From: Planctomycetaceae bacterium
Lineage (GTDB): Bacteria > Planctomycetota > Planctomycetia > Pirellulales > Thermoguttaceae
Reading direction: 5' to 3'
Length of the DNA stretch: 64,000 bases
Assembly: GCA_021372555.1 (NCBI GenBank)
Contig: JAJFUI010000062.1
Location: 157-64,156, forward strand
Shown here: in pieces, positions 27,869-36,964 of the stretch
Layout of the letters: every line of letters begins with the position of its first letter
Position numbering within the stretch: position 1 is the stretch's first letter
Position numbers and translations under genes: made by a program
Notes under the pieces: generated by a model
Databases searched by the model: none
The model's input: the letters and a program-made list of their open reading frames with translations, nothing else
What the model was told of the DNA's origin: nothing

Positions 27869-28065
27869 CGCATTCTTCCTTCGATTTAGAGCCTAAAAAT
27901 CGGACGGCCCACTATCATACGCGACGGCATCCGCGTCAGACAACCGGGCCATCGTCCATAAGAAACACCCGCCGGAAAGAAAGGTTCCGACATTCTCGGA
28001 ACATTCATGAATCCCACGAGGGATGGTGCGATGGCCTCGCGGCGCCGGCTGCCCGATGGCAACGT

Positions 28066-28449
28066 TTACCACCAGAACGGCCCCCTGGGGAATGGGCGGC
28101 CATAGAATGGTCCGATTTCCGATTCCTCCCCACCGTAGCCGTAGTAAGACCCGTAGGCGCGTTCGTAGAAAGGACCGACGCCGACGCCGTACCACGCCGG
28201 CCATCCATAGCTCCACGGAACTACCGTTGGGCAAAGAGTGAACGAGTCGGGGGCGTAGCTATTCCAACGGCCGTCGCGCCAGAAAAGCCACCGACCTTCG
28301 GGAAGCCAGTACCACCACTCGTCGTTGTAATAGACGTAACGCCAATCGTCCTGATTGCCAGGCGACGACCTGTCGGCGGCGGACGCAGTGCCGACACCGA
28401 CAAATAGGAGCGCGATGGCCAGGAGCAGTAAACGCATGTTGATACCCAT
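28066..28449 (-). CDS. Small secreted Trp/Tyr/Gly-rich protein
   Basis: Only the 3' third of the listed 307-aa ORF is kept. ATG at 28449 is preceded by AAGGAGGA. Signal peptide MGINMRLLLLAIALLFVGVGTASA. The mature part is very aromatic (DDWRYVYYNDEWWYWLPEGRWLFWRDGRWNSY...PFWW). Confidence 0.65.
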   Translation of the reverse strand: MGINMRLLLLAIALLFVGVGTASAADRSSPGNQDDWRYVYYNDEWWYWLPEGRWLFWRDGRWNSYAPDSFTLCPTVVPWSYGWPAWYGVGVGPFYERAYGSYYGYGGEESEIGPFYGRPFPRGPFWW

Positions 28450-28792
28450 GATCGATCCTCCTTTGCTACCCTTGGAGAACGAGCGGCGTTGCCGCGTCTT
28501 GTCCCCGTAAAAATGGTACGTGGTGCACCACCCTGGGTCCATTGTGCGATCGGGGCTCGGCAGTCTCGGCGACGGGGCGGTTCGCTTGACGAGAGCGGCG
28601 TATTGGGTATATTGACGGTCGTCCCCGCCCAAGTGACACGCTTGCCGGACGGATCGGAGCGGCGTCGCGCTGTTTGTGACCACCGACACGCCGTTTGCAG
28701 GCGAGACGTCGTCGATCTGCGGAACGACGCCGCCTGAGCGACAGTCGGTTTCCCCGCCGCTGTTGGACGTTTGACGCCCGAGGAAGTCGGCT

Positions 28793-30175
28793 ATGCGGTG
28801 GTTTCGCGGATTCAGTTGGATCGCCGTTCTGTTGGCCGGCTGGCTTTCGTCGCCCGAAGCGCGATCATCGGACGGGCTGCGTCTGGCAACTTTCCGTTGC
28901 GACATTACGCCGCCGCTGGGACAGCCGATGTTCTGCGCGGACGCGATCGTGGTTGTTGAGCAGCCGCTGCTTGCCAAAGGCGTCGTCATCGAGTCGCAAG
29001 GGGATCGCTACGTTCTCTGCGCCTTGGATTGGTGCGAGCTGTGCAACGGCAGTTATGATTTGCTGCGAGCGAAGGTTGCCGAGGGGGCCGGAGCCGCGCC
29101 GTCGCACGTGGCGCTGCAATGCGTCCACCAGCATACGGCCCCGCTGATCGATTTTGACGCCAGCGCGTTGCTCAGCCGGGCCGGCGTTCCGCCGGGCAGC
29201 ATCCACCTCGACCCGAAGGCGTTCGAAGCGATCGAGCGGCGGTTGGTCACGGCCGTGCGCCAGTCGATTGGCCGGTTGGAGTCCTTTGATCGGATCGGCA
29301 CCGGACAAGCCAAAGTGGATCGCGTCGCCTCGACCCGCCGGTGCCGCGACCAGAGCGGCGTCGTATTTGCTCGCTTTAGCAGTACGGCGATGAGCCCTGC
29401 ATTGCGGCAGATGCCGGAGGGGGCCATCGATCCTTATTTGAAGACGATCACGCTGGCACGCGGCGAGAAGCCGCTTGTGCGGCTGCACTATTACGCGACT
29501 CACCCCCAAACCCGCTACGGTGACGGCCGGGCCTCCAGCGACATAGTTGGCGATGCGCGGGAAAAGTTGGAACGCCAGGAAGGCGTTTTTCAGGTTTATT
29601 TCACCGGCTGTGGCGGTGACGTCACTGTCGGCAAATACAACGACGGCTCGGATCGGTGCAGGCGAGAGCTTGGCGAGAGACTTTTCGCCGGGATGAAGGC
29701 GGCCTCGGCCGCGACGAAGCTGACGCCTGCTGCATCGGTTCGCTGGCGGACGCACCCGGTGATATTGCCGCGTCGTACGGATGCTGGCTGTAGCGCGCCG
29801 GAATGCCTCGCACTGCTCAGAAATGGACGGAATCCACCGGTGACGCGATTGTATACCGGCGCCGTTCGCATGGCGTTCCACCAGCGAAGTGGACGACCGA
29901 TCGAGCTCAGTTCGTTGCAGATTGGAAACGCCTATCTACTGCATCTTGCCGGCGAGCCGATGGTCGACTTTCAACTGTTTGCCCAGCGGCTCCGACCGGC
30001 GGATTTCGTGGCCGTAGCCGGGTATGGCGACGGCGGCACTGGGTATCTTTGCCCCACGAAGGCATTCGCCGAGGGCGGCTATGAGCCCGTCGACTCGAAT
30101 GTGAAGCCGGAGTCCGAAAACCTGCTGAATAGGGCGATCGCCGAACTGCTCGGCGTTCCGCCGCCCGCCAAATAA
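28793..30175 (+). CDS. Secreted neutral/alkaline-ceramidase-N-terminal-like hydrolase (paralog 1)
   Basis: Signal peptide. ITPPLGQPM..., then VHQHTAP (compare HTHSGP-type ceramidase motifs), then C-terminal AGYGDGGTGYLCPTKAFAEGGYEP. Clearly paralogous to 31603-32931. Confidence 0.6.
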   Translation: MRWFRGFSWIAVLLAGWLSSPEARSSDGLRLATFRCDITPPLGQPMFCADAIVVVEQPLLAKGVVIESQGDRYVLCALDWCELCNGSYDLLRAKVAEGAGAAPSHVALQCVHQHTAPLIDFDASALLSRAGVPPGSIHLDPKAFEAIERRLVTAVRQSIGRLESFDRIGTGQAKVDRVASTRRCRDQSGVVFARFSSTAMSPALRQMPEGAIDPYLKTITLARGEKPLVRLHYYATHPQTRYGDGRASSDIVGDAREKLERQEGVFQVYFTGCGGDVTVGKYNDGSDRCRRELGERLFAGMKAASAATKLTPAASVRWRTHPVILPRRTDAGCSAPECLALLRNGRNPPVTRLYTGAVRMAFHQRSGRPIELSSLQIGNAYLLHLAGEPMVDFQLFAQRLRPADFVAVAGYGDGGTGYLCPTKAFAEGGYEPVDSNVKPESENLLNRAIAELLGVPPPAK

Positions 30176-30195
30176 CTCTCGCGCGGAGATGTTCG

Positions 30196-31593
30196 ATGCA
30201 CCGAGAAACCAGTAGTGGACAACCGCGATCGCCACGGCGCGAGTTTCTGAAGTCGGCCGGCACTGTCGCTGCCGGCTTGTGCGTCACTGGCGTGCAGCCG
30301 CTGGCCGCTTCCGAGAAGCCGGCTACGGGCGTCAAGAGCGAGACATTGGCCGCTAGCGGCGGCACGCCGACGGTGACTTTCCCCAAGGCAATACAGCGGA
30401 AGGTGTTCCGCTGGCCGCCGTATGGTCGCCCTGAGCGCGACGCGATCTTGGCGATGCTGGAGGGGGACGATCAGAACAGCTTCTACCGTTACTTGCCCGA
30501 GTTGGAAGCCCGGTGGCGGAACTACAACCAGGTGCCGTTCGCAAAAACGCACATGAACGGCACCAGCGCCCTGCTAGCGATGTATTTTGCGCTCGATCTG
30601 CCGCCGGGCAGCGAAATCATGGTGCCGTCGTACACGTTCTACGGGGCTATCACCACGATGCGGTTCTTCGGCTGCGTGCCGGTGTTTGTCGACATCAACC
30701 CGCGGACGGCCACCTTCGACGTGGAGCACGCGCGGAAGGTGATGAACCCGCGGGTTCGGGCCATCGTCCCGATGCACTCGTGGGGGCTTCCGTGCGAAAT
30801 GGACCACATTTGCGACTTTGCCAAGGAGCATGGACTCAGCGTCCTGGAAGATTGCGCGCACGCCCACGGCGCTTCGATGCAAGGCCGCAAGGTCGGCACG
30901 TGGGGACGCATGGGCATCTATAGCTTCCAGGGCTCGAAGCCGCTGCCGGGCATCGAAGGCGGCATGGGCGTCTACCAACGACGCGAGGACTACGAGCGGG
31001 CGGCCGTCCTCGGCCACTACGAGGTGGTGAGCGGCTATGCCCCGGCTCAGGGCGGAGGCCTGGCCGCCGATAGTCCTTACCGCAAGTACCTCGGGACTGG
31101 GCTGGGCCTCAAGCTCCGCATGCACCCGATGGCTGCGGTGCTGATCCTCAAGCAGCTCGAAAACCTGGACAAGCAGAATGCGATCGTTCGGACGCAAGTG
31201 AGGCGAATCAACGATCGGATATGTCAACTGCCGGGGCTGTCCGAGCCGGTCTGCCGCCCCGACCAGGAACGGGTCTATTACTTTGGCAACACGCTTTTCC
31301 TGGATGAGGCTAAGGCCGGCATCTCGCGAACGGCGCTGGTCAACGCCCTGAAGGCCGAGGGCGTTTCCGTCTCGGTTTGGGAATACCCGGAAAACCACAA
31401 GTTCGCGATCTATTCCGAGCCGCAGTGGTGGCATCATCCGGTCGACGTGCCGAAGGCGCTGCCCGGGACGGATGAAGTGAACCGGCGTGCGATCAACGTG
31501 GCGCTTTTCTACCAGGAGGCACCCGAGCTGGTCGAGCAGTACATCAAAGCGTTTGAAAAGGTCTGGGCCCACCGAGACAACCTGGCTTCGTAG
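30196..31593 (+). CDS. DegT/DnrJ/EryC1/StrS-family PLP aminotransferase with twin-arginine (Tat) signal (paralog 1)
   Basis: N-terminal SPRREFLKSAGTVAAGLCVTG matches the Tat consensus (S/T)RRxFLK. Fold-type-I sugar aminotransferase motifs: MNGTSALLAM, LEDCAHAHG, and SFQGSKPL (the PLP lysine). Confidence 0.8.
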   Translation: MHRETSSGQPRSPRREFLKSAGTVAAGLCVTGVQPLAASEKPATGVKSETLAASGGTPTVTFPKAIQRKVFRWPPYGRPERDAILAMLEGDDQNSFYRYLPELEARWRNYNQVPFAKTHMNGTSALLAMYFALDLPPGSEIMVPSYTFYGAITTMRFFGCVPVFVDINPRTATFDVEHARKVMNPRVRAIVPMHSWGLPCEMDHICDFAKEHGLSVLEDCAHAHGASMQGRKVGTWGRMGIYSFQGSKPLPGIEGGMGVYQRREDYERAAVLGHYEVVSGYAPAQGGGLAADSPYRKYLGTGLGLKLRMHPMAAVLILKQLENLDKQNAIVRTQVRRINDRICQLPGLSEPVCRPDQERVYYFGNTLFLDEAKAGISRTALVNALKAEGVSVSVWEYPENHKFAIYSEPQWWHHPVDVPKALPGTDEVNRRAINVALFYQEAPELVEQYIKAFEKVWAHRDNLAS

Positions 31594-31602
31594 GAATGAG
31601 CG

Positions 31603-32931
31603 ATGAATGGACTAGTTCTGGCGTTGGCCGTACTGGCTGCTGTTGGTCCCGGTGAATTTCGGGCTGGTGTCGCTCGCAAAGTGATTACGCCAACGAGTTC
31701 GGTTTGGATGTCGGGCTACGCGTGTCGAAAGGCCCCTTCCGAAGGCGTGTTGCACGACCTCTGGGCCAAGGCTCTCGCGCTCCAGGACGAACGAGGCGAG
31801 CGCGTCGTCATCGTGACCATGGACATTATCGGGATTCCGCGCGAAATGTCCGACGAGATCGCCTTGCGGCTCAAGAAGAGGCATGGCCTGGAGCGGCGTC
31901 AGATTGTGCTAAACGCGGCGCACACGCATACCGGGCCCCTCATCTGGCCCAACCTGCGGATACTCTACGACCTGAGCGACGCTGACCAGCAACGGCTCAT
32001 TGAGTATCGCAGCCGTCTAATTAGCGACGTCATCGAGGTTGTCGATTCCGCACTATCCGACCTGAAGCCGGCGACGTTGGCCATCGGTCACGGCTCGGTC
32101 GGTTTTGGTGCCAATCGCCGCGCGGCGTTGAAGAAGAAGGGCAAGCCCGTGCCAGCGCCCGTCGATCATGATGTGCCGGTCGTCAGGATCAATTCGCCGG
32201 ACGGCAAGCCGCGTGCGGTGTTCTTTGGCTATGCCTGCCACAACACCACCTTCACCGAACGGTGCCGTCTGCTCAGTGGAGACTACGCTGGGTTTGCACA
32301 AATCGAGCTTGAAAGAGCGATGCCCGGCACGACCGCCATGTTCCTAATGCTTTGCGGCGCGGACCAAGACCCGAAACGTCGCGGCACGGCGGAGATTGCC
32401 GCAGAGCACGGCAAATCGCTAGCTGCCGAGGTCCAACACGTGCTGGCCGACGTGACGATAAGTCCCGCGGTCAAGATCCGCACGGCGTACGAGGAAGTGA
32501 CGCTGGACGTTGCCCCGGTCGACCGCTCGGTTTTCGATCGCGAGCTAAAGGGTGATAACCCCTTCCGGCAACGGCGCGCCAGTGCGGTGCTCGCCGATCT
32601 CGACGCCGGTCGAAAGCTTTGGCGAGTGTCGGTGCCGGTCCAGGCTGTCGGCCTCGGCGACCACGCCGCGATGCTCACGCTGGGCGGCGAGCCGGTCGTG
32701 GACTATTCGCTGCGGCTCAAACGCGAATACGCCAAAACCAACCTGATCGTGGCCGGTTACTCGAACGACGTGATGTGCTACGTTCCGTCGTTGCGTGTGC
32801 TGAAGGAAGGCGGCTATGAGCCGATTGACAACATGATTTATTACGGCAGGCCGGGACCGTTCACCGATAGCGTGGAGGACAGGATCGTCGGCGCATGCCA
32901 CCGGGTGCTTTCGGAAATCGACGTTAAGTAG
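31603..32931 (+). CDS. Secreted neutral/alkaline-ceramidase-N-terminal-like hydrolase (paralog 2)
   Basis: Signal peptide. FRAGVARKVITPT...WMSGY, NAAHTHTGP, and C-terminal AGYSNDVMCYVPSLRVLKEGGYEP. Confidence 0.65.
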   Translation: MNGLVLALAVLAAVGPGEFRAGVARKVITPTSSVWMSGYACRKAPSEGVLHDLWAKALALQDERGERVVIVTMDIIGIPREMSDEIALRLKKRHGLERRQIVLNAAHTHTGPLIWPNLRILYDLSDADQQRLIEYRSRLISDVIEVVDSALSDLKPATLAIGHGSVGFGANRRAALKKKGKPVPAPVDHDVPVVRINSPDGKPRAVFFGYACHNTTFTERCRLLSGDYAGFAQIELERAMPGTTAMFLMLCGADQDPKRRGTAEIAAEHGKSLAAEVQHVLADVTISPAVKIRTAYEEVTLDVAPVDRSVFDRELKGDNPFRQRRASAVLADLDAGRKLWRVSVPVQAVGLGDHAAMLTLGGEPVVDYSLRLKREYAKTNLIVAGYSNDVMCYVPSLRVLKEGGYEPIDNMIYYGRPGPFTDSVEDRIVGACHRVLSEIDVK

Positions 32932-33017
32932 ACGCGAAACGAGACCATGCACGGCAGTGACGCGAGCGAAGCGTGTCTCTCGCCGTGCTCTCAATGCTTT
33001 TGACCTTGGAGACCGCA

Positions 33018-34361
33018 ATGAGCGATCGGATGAATCGACGGGATTTCGTGGCCGCCACGGCTGCCGCTGGATTGGCGTTGGGTGTTGGCCGCACGACGTT
33101 GGCGACCGAAAATGGGGCGGAGGCAAAGCCCGCCGTCTTGGGTGGAAAGCCTGCCCACACGCGTCAGTTCTCGTCGTGGCCGTTGACCGACCAACGCGAA
33201 GAGCGAGCGATGCTCGAAGTGCTCCGCAGCGGTCAGTGGTTCCGCGGAAGCGGTCATACGGTCGAGCGGTTTGAGAAGGAATATGCGAAGCTGACCGGCG
33301 CTCAGCACTGTCTGGCCACCAGCAGCGGAACGGCCGCGCTGTTGACCGTGCTGGCGTCGCTCGACATTGGGCCGGGCGACGAGGTGATTGTTCCTCCGTA
33401 TACGTTTGTGGCCACGGTGAATGCCGTGCTGCTCCGATATGCATTGCCTATCTTCGTCGATTCCGATTTGGAGACGTTCCAGATCGACGCCGGCAAGATC
33501 GAAGCGGCCATCACCGATCGCACGGCGCTGATTATGCCGGTCCATCTGGGCGGATCGCCCGCCGATCTGGATACAATTCTTGCGGTGGCCGGAAAGCACA
33601 AACTGCCCGTGGTGGAGGATGCTTGCCAGGCGCACCTCGCCGAGTGGCGAGGCCGCAAGGTCGGCACCTTGGGAACCGCGGGGTGTTTCAGCTTCCAGGT
33701 GTCAAAGAACCTCAGTTCCGGCGAGGGCGGCGCGATCATCACCGCCGACGAATCGCTGATCACCAAGTGTTCGGCCTTCCACAACAACTCGCGTCCCATC
33801 GGCCATAGTGCCTTCAGTTATGTCGGCGGGTGCGGCGCCAATTTGCGAATGACCGAGTTCCAAGGGGCCCTGCTTTCCGTCCAGATGACGCGGCTCGTTG
33901 AGCAGGCCAATGCCCGGCAGCAGAATGCGGCTTATCTGACGAGCATGCTCAAGGAAGTCCCCGGAATCTCGCCGGCCAAGATGTATGAGGGTTGCACGCG
34001 AAACGCTTACCACCTTTACATGTTCCGTTACGACGCAAAGGAGTTCGCGGGGCTGTCGCGCGAGAAGTTTATCGCCGCCCTGGAGGCGGAGCGGATTGTG
34101 GCGTCGTCAGGCTACACGCGGCTGAACAGGGAAGTGTCGATCAAGAACGCGCTCCAGTCGCGCGGGTTCAAGAAGATCTATTCCCAGGCGGAACTGGATC
34201 GCTGGGAAGAACGTACTCGCTGCCCGGCGAATGATCGACTCTGTGACGAAGCCGTTTGGCTAACGCAAAACATGTTTCTCGGTCCTCGCAGCGACATGGA
34301 TCAAATCGCGGACGCGATTCGGAAGATCAAGGCGAACGCGGCCGCGCTGGCGAAGGCATAG
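33018..34361 (+). CDS. DegT/DnrJ/EryC1/StrS-family PLP aminotransferase with twin-arginine (Tat) signal (paralog 2)
   Basis: MSDRMNRRDFVAATAAAGLALGVG (Tat motif). TSSGTAALL, VEDACQAHL, and SFQVSKNLSSGEGGAI (PLP lysine). Start set at ATG 33018. Confidence 0.8.
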   Translation: MSDRMNRRDFVAATAAAGLALGVGRTTLATENGAEAKPAVLGGKPAHTRQFSSWPLTDQREERAMLEVLRSGQWFRGSGHTVERFEKEYAKLTGAQHCLATSSGTAALLTVLASLDIGPGDEVIVPPYTFVATVNAVLLRYALPIFVDSDLETFQIDAGKIEAAITDRTALIMPVHLGGSPADLDTILAVAGKHKLPVVEDACQAHLAEWRGRKVGTLGTAGCFSFQVSKNLSSGEGGAIITADESLITKCSAFHNNSRPIGHSAFSYVGGCGANLRMTEFQGALLSVQMTRLVEQANARQQNAAYLTSMLKEVPGISPAKMYEGCTRNAYHLYMFRYDAKEFAGLSREKFIAALEAERIVASSGYTRLNREVSIKNALQSRGFKKIYSQAELDRWEERTRCPANDRLCDEAVWLTQNMFLGPRSDMDQIADAIRKIKANAAALAKA

Positions 34362-34479
34362 CAACGACGGGTTCGCATGCTCCGCGCCGGCGGCGAGCAG
34401 TAGCAAAGCGTTGCCTCAAACGCGGTGCCGCGGGGCGCCGGAATTACGGAAGTTCTCAGTATTCTCGGAGATATTCAAA

Positions 34480-35847
34480 ATGCGGATCAAGGGTGCAAAG
34501 ATCGCGACGGTGATTGTGGCCGTCTCATTCGTTCTGGCCGCTGTTCAAACCGCCACGGCCGCCGACGCGCCGAAATTGGCCGCCGAAGTGTACGACTCAG
34601 GTTTCAAGTGGGCGCACGACACCTACAACGGCATGGGTGCGGCCAGCGACGGGAAGATTTATTACGTCCTCTGTTCCGAAAAGCACGACGTGGCGGGCCA
34701 GATGTACCGTTTCGATCCGGCCACAAAGCAGATCAAGCACGTCGGCGACCTGACGGACGCCTGCGGCGAGTCGGCGATGAAGGCCATCGCCCAGGGCAAG
34801 ATCCACAACAACTTCGTCGAGGCCAACGGGAAGCTCTACTTCTCGACCCACACCGGCTACTACGTGATCCTCAACGACATGGAAGTGATCGGCCCGCCGC
34901 CACCGGGCTGGAAGGCATATCGAGGCGGTCATTTCCTGGCCTATGACACAGCCACCGGCAAGTTCGAGGACTTCGGTATTCCTCGTCCCGGCGAGGGCAT
35001 CATCGCCATGAACATGGATGCCACGCGCGGCCGGCTTTATGGGCTCAGTTGGCCGCACGGCCGGTTCGTCACCTACGACTTGGCCACCAGGCAATCGAAG
35101 GACCTCGGTGCGATGGCTCGCGACGGCGAGGCGGGCCGCGGGGCACAATATCGCACCATCTGCCGATCGATCGCTGTTGATCCGACGGACGGCGCGGTTT
35201 ATTTCACGACCGGCGACGGCGTCATTCTCCGATACGACTACGATCGCCAGACCGTCGCGCCGGTCGAAGGCGAGAACCTGAAGAAAGATTACTTCGGCCT
35301 GTACGCCCCGACCTGTCCAGGGCACATGGGTTACAACTGGCGGCAGACCACTTGGCGGGCCAACGAGAAGGTTTTTTACGGCGTTCACGGCAACTCGGGC
35401 TACTTGTTCCGGTTCGACCCGCGCGGCCCGCATGTCACGGTCCTCGAACGGCTCACGTCGCTGCCCTCGAAGCGGAGCGGGCTCTACGACCAGTTCAGCT
35501 ACGGGTATCTGGGCTTCACCCTCGGACCGGACGGTCGCACGCTTTACTATCTGACCGGCGCACCGATCTATGTCAACGGCAAGCGGTTGGCCGGCAAGGA
35601 CAGCACGGGCAAGGGCGAGGCCAAGGGCCTCGAAGATCTGCATTTGGTGACTTACGACATTCCCACGTCCAAGTACACCGATCACGGGGCGATCTTCATG
35701 CCCGACGGGCAGCGACCGCTCTATGTCAATTCCATCGCGATTGGCAAGGATGGCTCGGTTTACACGCTAGGCCGCGTCACGTCGAACGGTCACACCCGGG
35801 CGGACCTGATCCGCATCCCTGGCGAGTCGATCAAGCTAAGCCGGTGA
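34480..35847 (+). CDS. Secreted beta-propeller-like protein of unknown function
   Basis: Signal peptide MRIKGAKIATVIVAVSFVLAAVQTATA. Recurrent blade-like G.(I/V)Y(F/Y)....G.(L/F).R(F/Y)D segments. Confidence 0.6.
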   Translation: MRIKGAKIATVIVAVSFVLAAVQTATAADAPKLAAEVYDSGFKWAHDTYNGMGAASDGKIYYVLCSEKHDVAGQMYRFDPATKQIKHVGDLTDACGESAMKAIAQGKIHNNFVEANGKLYFSTHTGYYVILNDMEVIGPPPPGWKAYRGGHFLAYDTATGKFEDFGIPRPGEGIIAMNMDATRGRLYGLSWPHGRFVTYDLATRQSKDLGAMARDGEAGRGAQYRTICRSIAVDPTDGAVYFTTGDGVILRYDYDRQTVAPVEGENLKKDYFGLYAPTCPGHMGYNWRQTTWRANEKVFYGVHGNSGYLFRFDPRGPHVTVLERLTSLPSKRSGLYDQFSYGYLGFTLGPDGRTLYYLTGAPIYVNGKRLAGKDSTGKGEAKGLEDLHLVTYDIPTSKYTDHGAIFMPDGQRPLYVNSIAIGKDGSVYTLGRVTSNGHTRADLIRIPGESIKLSR

Positions 35848-35883
35848 CGGCGAGGTGCGTCCGATGCGGTTAGCGTTAGTGAC

Positions 35884-36019
35884 GCGGTTGTACTGCCGCG
35901 CCGCGCTACTGCCATCGTTGGTGCGGCGGTTGTACTGCCGCACCGCACGTAAGGGCTGGCAGTACAACTGCCAGCCCAACAGACAGCAACTGCCAGCCCA
36001 ACAGATGGTACAACTGCCA
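35884..36019. repeat. Intergenic array of direct and inverted GTAC-centred repeats
   Basis: GCGGTTGTACTGCCGC at 35884-35899 and 35926-35941. Inverted partner GGCAGTACAAC at 35958-35968. CAACTGCCAGCCCAACAGA at 35965-35983 and 35987-36005. GTACAACTGCCA at 35962-35973 and 36008-36019. Confidence 0.85.
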
Positions 36020-36094
36020 ATAGACAGTACACAGACATCGTAGCAGGCGAGGCGCCTGCGACACACACAGCAACAAAACAACGCGAGCGTTCCC

Positions 36095-36955
36095 GTGCGA
36101 CACACGCTGCCTGCAGCAATCCTACTGCTCGGTCTCGTCGGCCGCATCGTCGCGGCCGAAAACGCTCCGGCCGCGGCCAAGCCGACCGGGCTTACCAATC
36201 CCCTGGCCGTTCGGATCATGAACTATGGCAGGTTCCAGGACGCTGCCTGGACCCATTTGCCATCGCTAGGGATGCATTACGTGTTTCTGGCCACGCCGGC
36301 GCCGGAGCAGTTGTCCGATATCGAGAGACGGTTGGCGGGGCATCATTTGCGGCCGCTTGTGCTTCGTGGCGATACCGACCTTGGCCGACCGACGGCCGTC
36401 GAAGAGCTGGCTCGTCAGTTGGCAATCTGCGCGAGAATGGGCGGCAAGTACCTGTTTCTCTCGCCCAAGCATACCGGCGTGAGCAAGCAAGTGGCTTATT
36501 CGCGGCTGCGCCAAGCGGGCGAAATCGCTCGACACCATGGCGTTGTCATCGTGCTTGAGACGCATCCCGACCTTGGCGTGAACGCCGAAGCCCACCGCGA
36601 AACGATGCGGCAAATCGATCACCCCAACGTCCGCGTCAACTTCGACACCGGCAACATCACGTTCTACAACAAGGGGTTGGACGCCGTCACCGAGTTGCGG
36701 AAGATCATCGACTACGTTGCCACGGTAGAGCTCAAGGACCACAACGGTCGGTACATGGACTGGAACTTCCCCGTGCTTGGCACCGGCGTGGTCGATTTCC
36801 CTGGCGTTCTCAAGGTGCTCGAAGATCGCCGTTTTGCCGGCCCAATCACGATCGAGGTGGAAGGCGTGAAAGGCACCGAGATGGACGAGGCCCAAACGAA
36901 ACGCTATATCGCGGAGTCGATCCGATACATTCGGTCGCTGGGGAACTTCCAGTAA
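36095..36955 (+). CDS. Secreted xylose-isomerase-like TIM-barrel protein (sugar phosphate isomerase/epimerase, IolE/IolI-like family)
   Basis: GTG start and signal peptide. Metal-site pattern of the family: IVLETHPD, NFDTGN, ELKDHN, TIEVEG. Confidence 0.75.
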   Translation: MRHTLPAAILLLGLVGRIVAAENAPAAAKPTGLTNPLAVRIMNYGRFQDAAWTHLPSLGMHYVFLATPAPEQLSDIERRLAGHHLRPLVLRGDTDLGRPTAVEELARQLAICARMGGKYLFLSPKHTGVSKQVAYSRLRQAGEIARHHGVVIVLETHPDLGVNAEAHRETMRQIDHPNVRVNFDTGNITFYNKGLDAVTELRKIIDYVATVELKDHNGRYMDWNFPVLGTGVVDFPGVLKVLEDRRFAGPITIEVEGVKGTEMDEAQTKRYIAESIRYIRSLGNFQ

Positions 36956-36964
36956 GGCAGCCGC

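Noticed and set aside
28450-28989. The N-terminal 180 codons of the 307-aa ORF 28066-28989
   Set aside because: This part is Arg/Ser/Gly-rich and non-protein-like, and it overlaps the start of the plus-strand hydrolase gene. An internal ATG with a strong AAGGAGGA RBS followed by a signal peptide gives a coherent 127-aa product.
35855-36043. 62-aa ORF across the GTAC-box repeat region
   Set aside because: It is open only because of the repeats, shows repeated peptide segments mirroring the DNA repeats, and has no RBS. The region is treated as non-coding regulatory/structured DNA.
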